A stretch of 21,615 nucleotides of DNA. It comes from Candidatus Nanohaloarchaea archaeon (lineage in GTDB: Archaea > Nanohalarchaeota > Nanosalinia > Nanosalinales > Nanosalinaceae). Positions 1 to 7,841 of the stretch are shown here, piece after piece. Location: the NCBI GenBank assembly GCA_046539225.1, contig JBKHHG010000011.1, positions 1 to 21,615 on the forward strand. Direction: 5' to 3'. A program made the translations under genes and the position numbers. The notes below the pieces were generated by a model. The model searched no databases. It was given only the letters and a program-made list of their open reading frames with translations, and was not told the origin of the DNA. Numbering within the stretch: the stretch's first letter is position 1; the number at the start of each line of letters is the position of its first letter.

Positions 1-17
1 GTATCGATGTTTCTCAT
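1..17 (-). CDS. 5' end of a gene running off the window (MRNID...), probably DNA topoisomerase VI subunit A
   Basis: ATG at 17-15 is preceded by an AGGTGA RBS overlapping the top6B stop. Identity is inferred only from the usual top6B-top6A gene order. Confidence 0.5.
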
Positions 18-28
18 TTCTGGATCAC

Positions 29-1621
29 CTATAGTTGCTCCGGGTTGTAGTCGGCTTGAACCATTGCCTGAATCTTGTTTTCTATCTCGTCTTCGTCTCC
101 GGCTTCCGCGAGCTGTGCTATCGCCGGCCCCATCTCTTTCGCGTAACTTGTCAGCTGGCGTTTCTTCTTCTCCTGGATTTCTTTCCTCTCCTTCCTGCCG
201 ATGTATCTTCCAAGCTTTCTTCCTGCTTCCTGGAGAGCTAACTTCATCTCTTTCCTGATCGGGTCGTAGTTCGCGACCGCCTCCTTTCCTTCAGAGGTGA
301 AAGGCACCCATACAGAGGCAATATGCACCAGGATGTAGAGAGGGCCTTGAGGCCTTCCTCCGGTCTGGCTGATGTTGTAACGGTTCCATGAGACTTCTTC
401 GATCGCCTTTGTAGTTACGCAGCTCGACTTCTTGTAGAGGAGGGGGACCTTGTTCGCGAAACGCAGCTCTTCAAAGCTTCCATCGTCCTCGATGTCGCCG
501 CCCCATGCAAGGCCTACCTCGATCTGGAAAGGATTCCCTTTGTAGACTGTCGGGCTTCTGGTGATCGCGGTCGAGAACTCTGGATTCAGCTCTTTCTTCA
601 GGCCTTTCAGCACAAGATCTTCGCCAATCGGTGAGAGGCAGTCGGTCGGCGGGCTCTGAAGCTTCACGTTCTGAGCTGCTTTAAGCAGTGTCTCTATCTC
701 GTCTTTATCCATTGTGTTAGGCCTGCGGCCTGTGTCGAGGCCTGCTTCGTCGCATATTTCTTCTGCCGAGGTTCTTCCGACCCTGGTGAACTCGTTCTGG
801 AGGAAAGATGTGATTGTTCTCGCTGAGGAGTTCTCTATCATCCTCATCATGACTCCGAGCTCGACGCCATGTGGATGCGGCTTGATCTCCTTCGGCTCGG
901 GCGGAAGCTCTCTACTTACTCTTGGAAACTCTACCTTGTTTCCATCCGGTTCCCTCAGGACTACACGGGCGTACGGGTTCATGATTGCTGTATGTTTCAG
1001 GTAGTTGTAGACTGAGTGGTGTCCTCCTGTGTATTTCGCCTCGATATCCATCTCGATCGTGGTACCGTGGTCAAAGTAGTAATCCTTGTCGCCAGGGAAT
1101 TCATCGCTTTCCGGGTCAATAACCTCGTCTTCTATAATATTTGGTTCGTTGGTCTCGGTATCGATAGTCACGACGAACTTGTGGCAGGCCTCGCCCTCCA
1201 TCTTGGAGTAGACCGTTACAGGTTCTCCCGTAGTTAATTGAGCGTACATAGCGGAAGCAGAAATACCTATTCCCTGTTGGCCTCTCGACTGCTGAAGCTT
1301 GTGGAACTTTGAACCGTACAGAAGCTTCCCAAACACTTTTGGAATTGTTTCGCGGTCGAGGCCTATTGCGTTGTCCCGGATCTCTACCCTGCACTTGTCC
1401 TCTCCGATCTCATCGATGAGGACATGCACTTCGGGAAGTATCTGGTCCTGCTCGCATGCGTCAAGCGAGTTGTCGACCGCCTCCTTTACAACTGTTATTA
1501 TGGATTTCTGCGCGTTTTCGAATCCGAGGAGGTGCTTGTTCTTCTCAAAGAACTCCGCCACCGAGATCTCCTGGTGGTCGCCGCCCTCCTGCTCTATTCC
1601 ATCTTCAATTCCGTTCGGCAT
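29..1621 (-). CDS. top6B: DNA topoisomerase VI subunit B
   Basis: GHKL ATPase motifs (VKEAVDNSLDA, DNAIG, FGKLLYGSKF, SRGQQGIGIS), H2TH region, RFANKVPL and WVPFTSEGKE. Start set at ATG 1621 behind a GGTGA RBS; the ORF track starts at GTG 1633. Confidence 0.97.
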   Translation of the reverse strand: MPNGIEDGIEQEGGDHQEISVAEFFEKNKHLLGFENAQKSIITVVKEAVDNSLDACEQDQILPEVHVLIDEIGEDKCRVEIRDNAIGLDRETIPKVFGKLLYGSKFHKLQQSRGQQGIGISASAMYAQLTTGEPVTVYSKMEGEACHKFVVTIDTETNEPNIIEDEVIDPESDEFPGDKDYYFDHGTTIEMDIEAKYTGGHHSVYNYLKHTAIMNPYARVVLREPDGNKVEFPRVSRELPPEPKEIKPHPHGVELGVMMRMIENSSARTITSFLQNEFTRVGRTSAEEICDEAGLDTGRRPNTMDKDEIETLLKAAQNVKLQSPPTDCLSPIGEDLVLKGLKKELNPEFSTAITRSPTVYKGNPFQIEVGLAWGGDIEDDGSFEELRFANKVPLLYKKSSCVTTKAIEEVSWNRYNISQTGGRPQGPLYILVHIASVWVPFTSEGKEAVANYDPIRKEMKLALQEAGRKLGRYIGRKERKEIQEKKKRQLTSYAKEMGPAIAQLAEAGDEDEIENKIQAMVQADYNPEQL

Positions 1622-1629
1622 TTTTTTGG

Positions 1630-2133
1630 TCACCTTCTGATCCGCGACTGATTTCTTTCCAGGTAGTCGTACGCGGTTGAATGAGATCTACCGTTCAAAA
1701 GCATCTTTACAGCCTCCTGAGCAACTTCAATGTTCTGTACATAACCTATAAACCCGGCGGTCTTCCCATAAACCGAGATATCTGTCTCGGTCATGTTCTC
1801 GATATGTTTCCTTGCTTCTCCATCCCTGCCGATCACACGGCCTTTCAAACGCTCCTGGCCATTCTGACTGTCGGCAAACTTCGAGATATCAAGATGGTGG
1901 AACTCGAATCCTTCCTCCACAAGCCTGAAGGCCTTCTCCGGGTTAAAACCTCGTCCTATAGCCTTCACCATCTTATGCGCGGTCATCTCCTCAAGAGGAT
2001 CTCCCTCAATCGTCACGTTGTTATCCTCTACTTCGACTGAACAGCCTGTGTCTTCCTCGATTCTCTGCTTGGTCTCTCCGCCTTCACCGATCAAGACCGC
2101 GACACGTTCCTCAGGTATCCTGACTTCTCTCAT
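1630..2133 (-). CDS. KH-domain pre-rRNA processing protein (Dim2/Pno1/Krr1 family)
   Basis: Two KH GxxG loops (LIGEGGETK, VIGRDGEAR), AIGRGF, and a C-terminal GRSHSTAYDYL. Likely start MREVRIP. Sits between RIO1 and top6B as in the conserved cluster. Confidence 0.93.
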   Translation of the reverse strand: MREVRIPEERVAVLIGEGGETKQRIEEDTGCSVEVEDNNVTIEGDPLEEMTAHKMVKAIGRGFNPEKAFRLVEEGFEFHHLDISKFADSQNGQERLKGRVIGRDGEARKHIENMTETDISVYGKTAGFIGYVQNIEVAQEAVKMLLNGRSHSTAYDYLERNQSRIRR

Positions 2134-2197
2134 TGAATCCTTACAGTAAAGTTTAACGGAGCCAACCTTTTTATACCTTGGAAACCGAATACAGGCC

Positions 2198-2956
2198 TTA
2201 ACGCCCCGGAATAACACTATTTAAAGCCTTTTCTACATCCCGGTCCGCGCCTTCAGAATTGAAAAACTTTACAACATTCTCAACATCCCGCCTCAAAAGC
2301 TGCAAGGCCTCAGGATGCGACTCATGTACGCCCTGCGAAAAATCGATCCAGACCAGTTCATCCCCTTCAACCAGGATATTGTACTCCGAGAGATCGCCGT
2401 GCACCAGCTTTTCCTTCCTCCACAAGGCCTCTATCTTCTCCAGAACCTGATCCAAGGCCTGGGAAGGATTTTCAATACTGACCTCCTTCAGCTTGGGGTA
2501 AGGCCTGAACTCTTCCCCCACAAACTCCATGACCAGAACGTTCTCCTGCAAACCATAGACCTTGGGGCACCGCAGAACCTTAGAGGCCTTCTCCAGGTTC
2601 TTGAACTCTTTCTTCGCCCAGGCATCCACCACCGCTTTCCGATCCTTTTTCACGTTCCTGAACCTTTTATCTCCTCTAAGGTACTGGTGCATCTCCCTGA
2701 ATGCTCCAGCCCTCTTCATATAGATTTTTACAGCGGCGAGGCCTTCCCCGGTTTCCGCCAAAAGAATCGCCGACTCCTTGCCTGACTCGATTATACCATG
2801 CATCCTGTCGATAATATCCCGGTCAGCAAGCTTCAGCAATGCATCCATCGTATCGTCATCGAGAACGTTCTCGACAGCTTTCCGGGCCTCCGAAGAATCA
2901 AACATCTGCCTCTTCTTCTCCCTCCTCCTCGGATAAATCTCATCGTCTTCAACCAT
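2198..2956 (-). CDS. rio1: RIO1-family serine/threonine kinase
   Basis: SGKES, AVKIY, WAKKEFKNL, LVHGDLSEYNIL and IDFSQ motifs. Confidence 0.95.
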   Translation of the reverse strand: MVEDDEIYPRRREKKRQMFDSSEARKAVENVLDDDTMDALLKLADRDIIDRMHGIIESGKESAILLAETGEGLAAVKIYMKRAGAFREMHQYLRGDKRFRNVKKDRKAVVDAWAKKEFKNLEKASKVLRCPKVYGLQENVLVMEFVGEEFRPYPKLKEVSIENPSQALDQVLEKIEALWRKEKLVHGDLSEYNILVEGDELVWIDFSQGVHESHPEALQLLRRDVENVVKFFNSEGADRDVEKALNSVIPGR

Positions 2957-2996
2957 ACAGAAAATCAATCAGGCCTGAAAACTATAACTCTGATGT

Positions 2997-3308
2997 TCAG
3001 AGGAACTCCTCGATTTCGCCGAGGTAGTCCCGGTCTTCCAGCCAGTCCTGCTGGGCCTGTGAATAGGATTCGATAATATCTCCTTTCTCATCGCCCTGGA
3101 TATCCCATGGCTCCACGAGCACTACAGAGTCTCTCTTCACCCAGAGGCCTCTCTTCTTCGATCCGGGGATTCGGCAGAGCCTTTCGTTTCCGTCTGTACA
3201 GTAAACCTTGTACTTCCCGCCGCCGACCTTCCTGAGAACGATTCCCAAGACCTGGTCGCCTCTCGGGGTCTTGACACGTCCTATATCCTGCTCCTCGTCT
3301 TCTGCCAT
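2997..3308 (-). CDS. eif1a: Translation initiation factor aIF-1A
   Basis: VYCTDGNERLCRIPG...WVKRDSVVLVEPW...KGDI is the OB-fold IF-1A signature. Confidence 0.95.
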   Translation of the reverse strand: MAEDEEQDIGRVKTPRGDQVLGIVLRKVGGGKYKVYCTDGNERLCRIPGSKKRGLWVKRDSVVLVEPWDIQGDEKGDIIESYSQAQQDWLEDRDYLGEIEEFL

Positions 3309-3347
3309 GTAAAGTATAACCCTCTGAAGCTTTTTAAACTCTCGAAC

Positions 3348-4019
3348 TCAGATCCTGACAGAGACCACGTTCCGGTAGACCTTCTGGCCGTCCTCCTCGC
3401 TGACCAGTTCATAGCTTCTCTCTATCTCCGGATCGAAACGATCCCGCAGCATCGATAAAATCTTCCGGTTCATCTTCTCCGTTGAAAGATAAAAGTCGTA
3501 GCCGCCGTCAACCGGGTCCACGTTAGACAGAAAATCGGATCGATTCCTGTTCGTAAGTTCCGCGGCCTTGTCCACTATATCATCAGATACTCTCTCCAGG
3601 TCCTCGCCTCTCAACTGGATCTTGGCCTTGTAGAAACCGCCTTCAAACCTGGCGCAGTCTCCGCACTGCTCCTCACTCCATTCGACTCTGACATCTTCAA
3701 AGTCCTGCATCTCGCGGTCCTGAAGATGCGCCCTTACAAAGAACTCGTCTTCTTCCTCCCAGAACTGGAGCTCCATGTCAAGGCCTTCCGCAAACTCGGA
3801 GAACTTCTCTCCCAGCTGGTCCTCAATACTGTAGGCCTCAATCCATTCGCCTCTGTGCCGCATCCTGCCGCAGACGCTGCACCGCGTGATCTCCACCTTT
3901 GAAGGGATATCAGCCAGGCTGTGCACATCAGTGTAACACTCGGAGCAGTATTTCTTCTTCTCACCGTAAAGCTTCTCCACCTCTCTCCCGCACCGCGGAC
4001 AGAACTTTGAAAGCTCCAT
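3348..4019 (-). CDS. NMD3-family ribosome maturation protein (short form)
   Basis: FCPRCG, CSEC, CSVCG and CGDC zinc knuckles, GGFYKAKIQLRG, and C-terminal GQKVYRNVVSVR. Confidence 0.85.
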   Translation of the reverse strand: MELSKFCPRCGREVEKLYGEKKKYCSECYTDVHSLADIPSKVEITRCSVCGRMRHRGEWIEAYSIEDQLGEKFSEFAEGLDMELQFWEEEDEFFVRAHLQDREMQDFEDVRVEWSEEQCGDCARFEGGFYKAKIQLRGEDLERVSDDIVDKAAELTNRNRSDFLSNVDPVDGGYDFYLSTEKMNRKILSMLRDRFDPEIERSYELVSEEDGQKVYRNVVSVRI

Positions 4020-4051
4020 AAACAACTGAAAGAGTTAGAAGTTTTTAACTC

Positions 4052-4954
4052 TCAATATGTTTCCCGCCTATCCATCAAACTACATATCTCAAACCATTTC
4101 TCTGACAGGCCTGCGAGGCCCAGATGCTCATGCACCGTATCCACGTTTTCGCTCCTGTACTCCACAGGCCTTACATAACCTTCTTCCAGAATCTCTTCCA
4201 GATCCTGCTGCAGCTTTAAACGGGCGGTTTCCTCGCCTGCCTCCGCGACTATCTCAGTCGGCGGACCAAAGTTTTCATACTCTTCTTCAAGTTCTATTTC
4301 CCGCTCAGCTATACTGAACTCGGTTGGAAGAAGACTCTCTTCAAAAGTATTCACAGCCTTTTCAGGCCTTTCCTCTTCCCTGAGTATATCTCCATAGGTC
4401 AGGTTCAGGGCGGACTGGTTAATGCTGCCTCTGCCTCTGGAGGCCTGTCTCTGAGCGTACTCAGGATCCAGAAAGACCGATACCTGGCGATCCCTCCACT
4501 CTCTGGGATCAACTGCTGAAAGGCCTGAATCGGTGTACTGGAGCCACATATCCGATATCTGGGATAGGGAAAGATGCTCGGAAGAGGTGTCGACATTATG
4601 AGGATGAAACCAGTTATCCGAGTTATCTTTCGAGAGGTTTGTAGCATTTCCGGCCACTCTGAAATGGTGCATCATCCGGCTGTCGTCTTTGAAGTTGACT
4701 TCAGTCTGGTCCAGTAGGCCTGACTGGTTCTGGGAGACTATCTGGCTCGCTGTCCCGGAAAACCTGTCGTGCTCACCTTCCTCAACTTCTTTCTCAAGCA
4801 GTTCTTCCACGGCTTCATCCTTCACAGCCAGTCGAGGGCTTAAAGGCCTCGACCTGTCGTAAAGGTTTAGAACCTTGCCCGGCATATTTAGAGGATCCTC
4901 CTCTTCAGGCCCGCCAAGCTTGATCCTCCAGCTGTAATCCGGTTCACGCGTCAT
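4052..4954 (-). CDS. Hypothetical acidic protein (300 aa)
   Basis: Long ORF with acidic composition like its neighbours and a TATA-like CTTAAG upstream. No family recognised. Confidence 0.75.
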   Translation of the reverse strand: MTREPDYSWRIKLGGPEEEDPLNMPGKVLNLYDRSRPLSPRLAVKDEAVEELLEKEVEEGEHDRFSGTASQIVSQNQSGLLDQTEVNFKDDSRMMHHFRVAGNATNLSKDNSDNWFHPHNVDTSSEHLSLSQISDMWLQYTDSGLSAVDPREWRDRQVSVFLDPEYAQRQASRGRGSINQSALNLTYGDILREEERPEKAVNTFEESLLPTEFSIAEREIELEEEYENFGPPTEIVAEAGEETARLKLQQDLEEILEEGYVRPVEYRSENVDTVHEHLGLAGLSEKWFEICSLMDRRETY

Positions 4955-5006
4955 ACAGCCAAACCGAGGCCTCGAACCTTAAGTAGTTTTCACAGCGTGA
5001 CAACAG

Positions 5007-5339
5007 TTAGAAATTGATCCTGTCTCCCTCTTCAAGACCCAGATCCTCAAAACTCTCCAACAGGTACTGATACCGTTTTTCAGGCCTGTAAAACCTCCAC
5101 GTCTTCGGATTGAAACTCCAGGGCTCCGCTTTCTCAGAATGTATCAACTTCCTTTCAGAATCAAAAAAGTAGAGATACAGAGGCCTGGAGAGAAACATCA
5201 TATCGATCCTCGCATTTGTAGGCCTTGAAAACCTGAAAAACATCTTTCCTTCGTCCCTGAATGAAAGGCCTTTAGCCCTTGACAAAAAGGTATCCGCCAC
5301 TTCAACGTCGTACTCCTGCTCTCCAGCTTTTATTTTCAT
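5007..5339 (-). CDS. DUF192 (UPF0127) family protein
   Basis: VEVADTFLSRAKGLSFR, MFFRF, IDMMF and YLLE pattern. ATGA overlap with the upstream gene. Confidence 0.85.
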   Translation of the reverse strand: MKIKAGEQEYDVEVADTFLSRAKGLSFRDEGKMFFRFSRPTNARIDMMFLSRPLYLYFFDSERKLIHSEKAEPWSFNPKTWRFYRPEKRYQYLLESFEDLGLEEGDRINF

Positions 5340-5827
5340 TTTTCCGCCTCATCAGGATGCCTGAAAAACTCTGCAGCCCTTGCCAGCCTTGGCGAACGCG
5401 AGATAGGCCTGATAAACCTTGCGAACCGTGTAGATCTCATTGCCTCAGTCGTCCTGAACATCTCCGTTAATCTACCTGATCTAAGGCCTTCTGCCAGGTG
5501 TGCAGCGTCCTGGCTCAGGTCAGCGCCGCTTAAAACCCTTAAAAACTCGATGGTTCTGAAGACGAGGAAGAAAGGCGTGATTGCGATAATCTCCAGCCAG
5601 TAATCCCTCAGGAATCCTTCCCAGGTCGAGGCCTCGTAAAACTTGAAAGATAGATCAACAGCAAAAACCAGTATAACAGCATAGTCAGCGTAGTTTATCA
5701 GCGAGTGATACTCATGCGCCAGCTCCGGTAGAAAAAGCTCCACTGCGAGGATAACCGCTACTACAAAAAGCGCCGGCACAATCAACTTATCCGCAGTCCA
5801 CTCAATATCCTCCAGATAAGGATGCAT
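5336..5827 (-). CDS. Ion-transport (Ion_trans) S1-S4 voltage-sensor-like membrane protein without pore domain
   Basis: Three hydrophobic helices (ending ...VFAVDLSFKF and FLRDYWLEIIAITPF), then Arg-periodic RSTRFARFIRPISRSPRLAR. Start at ATG 5827 lies 23-30 nt downstream of TTTATTAA. Confidence 0.7.
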   Translation of the reverse strand: MHPYLEDIEWTADKLIVPALFVVAVILAVELFLPELAHEYHSLINYADYAVILVFAVDLSFKFYEASTWEGFLRDYWLEIIAITPFFLVFRTIEFLRVLSGADLSQDAAHLAEGLRSGRLTEMFRTTEAMRSTRFARFIRPISRSPRLARAAEFFRHPDEAEK

Positions 5828-5840
5828 AACTAACCATAGA

Positions 5841-5859
5841 AGGCCTGAATTAATAAATT
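5841..5859 (-). promoter_or_regulatory. Promoter element AATTTATTAATTCAGGCCT (TATA box plus AGGCCT), copy 1
   Basis: 19 bp identical to 11531-11549, upstream of the ATG at 5827. Confidence 0.7.
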
Positions 5860-5906
5860 CTGCCAACGCTACATCCCCATCTCAGGACAAGGCAGTAAGA
5901 ACTGAC

Positions 5907-5930
5907 TCGCCCGCACAGGGATTAGTGAAC
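5907..5930 (-). repeat. Duplicate of the tRNA-Arg 3' end (att-like direct repeat)
   Basis: tcgcccgcacagggatt at 5907-5923 equals 5997-6013 and continues into tgaac after a 2-nt insertion. Confidence 0.85.
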
Positions 5931-5997
5931 GAACTGCCTAAGGAAGCAGTTCACAGTTCCTTAAAGCCATGATTTGCATGGATTATGACAGAAATTT

Positions 5998-6145
5998 CGC
6001 CCGCACAGGGATTTGAACCCTGGATCTGCACCTATTTGTCTAACTTCTAAAAGCCATTTCGAGCTCTGCTCGAATATGGGTTGTAATGGTTGACCTTTCA
6101 GGAGTTCGTCCGCAAGGTGCCGTCTTTCCACTAGACCATGCGGGC
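5998..6145 (-). tRNA. tRNA-Arg(GCG) with a 76-nt intron at position 37/38 (exons 6145-6110 and 6033-5998; CCA not encoded)
   Basis: Acceptor stem GCCCGCA/TGCGGGC with G73, D-arm GTCT/AGAC with A20, anticodon stem GCACC/GGTGC, loop TT-GCG-G|A, T-arm CAGGG TTCAAAT CCCTG, and a relaxed BHB at the junctions. Confidence 0.9.
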
Positions 6146-6172
6146 CTTGCAGTTCTAGTTTGTGAGAACGGG

Positions 6173-6180
6173 TTTTATAT
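6173..6180 (-). promoter_or_regulatory. TATA box of the tRNA gene (ATATAAAA)
   Basis: Lies 28-35 nt upstream of the mature tRNA 5' end. Confidence 0.65.
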
Positions 6181-6240
6181 CGGGTTGGGGCGTTTGATTT
6201 AAATACTGTGAGCTTCAATGCGTTTTTAGGGCGACCTCAA

Positions 6241-6285
6241 ATGAAATTAATTAAGAAGATTAAGGACAAATTAGGCCTGAACTAA
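6241..6285 (+). CDS. Possible 14-aa micropeptide MKLIKKIKDKLGLN
   Basis: ATG...TAA between ATTTAAAT (6197-6204) and a T-rich tract. The translation is amphipathic, but the ORF is too short to be sure. Confidence 0.3.
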   Translation: MKLIKKIKDKLGLN

Positions 6286-6292
6286 CACATAC

Positions 6293-6311
6293 TTTCTTCT
6301 TTTTTGTTTTT
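6293..6311 (+). terminator. Oligo-T archaeal terminator-like tract
   Basis: Run tttcttcttttttgttttt. Confidence 0.45.
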
Positions 6312-6367
6312 GTGTCTGGTTCAAGTTTTAACTTTTTTCTCTTAACTGTTTTACAGGTGCAAATTAG

Positions 6368-6622
6368 ATGGGAGATATTGCTTGTGTATACAAGGTAATG
6401 CCGGAGGACGAATCCACCGACCTTGAAGAAATCAAAAACCAGTTGAGAGAGCTTCTTGACGTCGATGACATAGGAGAGGAAGAAGTCGCCTTCGGACTGA
6501 AAGCTGTAAAGGTTTCATGCGTAACAACCGATGAAGAAGGCGGAACCGACGCGGTAGAAGAAAAACTTGAACAGCTGGAAGACGTCCAGAGCTACGAGCT
6601 CGAGCACTTCGACAAGCTTTAA
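6368..6622 (+). CDS. ef1b: Elongation factor 1-beta (aEF-1beta)
   Basis: KVMPE...DLEE, EEVAFGLKA, EEGGTDAVEE motifs and an AGGTG RBS. Confidence 0.95.
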   Translation: MGDIACVYKVMPEDESTDLEEIKNQLRELLDVDDIGEEEVAFGLKAVKVSCVTTDEEGGTDAVEEKLEQLEDVQSYELEHFDKL

Positions 6623-6652
6623 GGCCTAAACTTCAGGCCTCAAAAATTTATT

Positions 6653-6784
6653 TCAGAACGTCTTTTCTCCTTTGTTACAGGCCTTGCAGCCGTACTCCAG
6701 GCTGCATTCCTCGCATACCTGGCTACCGCAAACCTCGCAGCTTTTAACTGCTTCTCTTTTCTGGCAGTGTTCGCAAGGCTTCAT
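6653..6784 (-). CDS. Small 43-aa zinc-finger protein with four CxxC motifs (not in ORF track)
   Basis: Translates to MKPCEHCQKREAVKSCEVCGSQVCEECSLEYGCKACNKGEKTF and fills the ef1b-fen gap. Confidence 0.8.
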   Translation of the reverse strand: MKPCEHCQKREAVKSCEVCGSQVCEECSLEYGCKACNKGEKTF

Positions 6785-6821
6785 GTAACACTATAAGTCT
6801 TGGAAACAGAAAAAACTTGGT

Positions 6822-7841
6822 ATGGGAGTAGACCTGGGAGAACTCGTCGAACCAGAAGAGATAGAGTTCGCCGACTTAAACGATAGAGAAGTCGCGATAG
6901 ACGCAATGAACACTATGTACCAGTTCCTGTCGATTATAAGGCAGAGAGATGGAACACCGTTGAAAGACTCGGATGGAAACGTTACCTCCCATCTCTCAGG
7001 GCTTTTCTACCGGACAATAAACCTGTTAGAAAACAATATCCGGCCTGTCTACGTTTTTGACGGTGCGCCGCCCGACTTGAAGGCAAAAGAAGCCAAGGAG
7101 AGAAGGAAGAAGAGGGAAGAAGCCCGGGAGGAGTGGAAGCGTTTGAAGGAGGAAGGTAAGATCTCCGAAGCGTACTCCAAGGCAACTCAGTCCTCCAAGC
7201 TGTCGGGCGAGATGATTGCAGAGGCGCAGAAGCTGCTGGACGCGATGGGCGTTCCCTACGTCGAGGCTCCGAGTGAGGGAGAAGCTCAAGCGGCCTACAT
7301 GTCGAAAAATAGTGGGGTGTATGCTGTCGGGTCTCAGGACTGGGACTGTTTGCTGTTCGGCGCCGATGTAATGGTGAGGAACTTGACAAGCAGGAAGACG
7401 CGGAAGACTTCTTCGGGGAAGAGGAAAGAGGTCAAGCAGCAGAGGATCAGGCTTGAACAGGTCCTCGAAGGGTTAGGCCTTGAAAGGCGGCAGCTCGTGA
7501 TGCTGGGGCTTCTGATGGGCACGGATTTCAACGAGGGGGTCCACGGAATCGGACCCAAGAAAGGCCTCGAACTCGCGAAAAAACATAGGTCCATTGACTC
7601 GCTCGTTGAAGACGAAGGCTTCGAATGGCGCTCCGAAAACGATCCTGAAGCGGTTTACAGCTTCTTCATGGATCCTCCTGTAAAAGACGTGGAGTTCAGC
7701 TTTAGTTCCCCTGATAAAGAAAGAATCAGGGAGGTTCTCGTAGAAAAACACGATTTTTCCCGGGATAGGATAGACTCAAAGCTTGAAGACCTAAATCAGG
7801 CCTTGAACTCCCGCCAGTCAGGCCTTGGAAGCTTTACCTAA
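6822..7841 (+). CDS. fen: Flap endonuclease 1
   Basis: MGV start, AIDAMN, YQFLSIIRQRDG, VFDG, EAPSEGEAQAA, SQDWD, GTDFN.GV.GIGPK, and a C-terminal PIP box QSGLGSF. Confidence 0.97.
   Translation: MGVDLGELVEPEEIEFADLNDREVAIDAMNTMYQFLSIIRQRDGTPLKDSDGNVTSHLSGLFYRTINLLENNIRPVYVFDGAPPDLKAKEAKERRKKREEAREEWKRLKEEGKISEAYSKATQSSKLSGEMIAEAQKLLDAMGVPYVEAPSEGEAQAAYMSKNSGVYAVGSQDWDCLLFGADVMVRNLTSRKTRKTSSGKRKEVKQQRIRLEQVLEGLGLERRQLVMLGLLMGTDFNEGVHGIGPKKGLELAKKHRSIDSLVEDEGFEWRSENDPEAVYSFFMDPPVKDVEFSFSSPDKERIREVLVEKHDFSRDRIDSKLEDLNQALNSRQSGLGSFT

Noticed and set aside
5907..6013. Active integrated virus or island, or a split tRNA half
   Set aside because: The repeats are only 90 bp apart, no integrase is in the window, and the tRNA is already complete. 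Kept only as a scar hypothesis.
6034..6109. tRNA intron as a C/D or H/ACA guide RNA
   Set aside because: It has one CTGA and an ACA 3 nt from the 3' end, but no RTGATGA C box, K-turn or bipartite pseudouridylation pocket. The ACA is part of the BHB helix.
5961..6218. 85-aa minus-strand ORF
   Set aside because: It overlaps the tRNA-Arg gene completely and has atypical composition.
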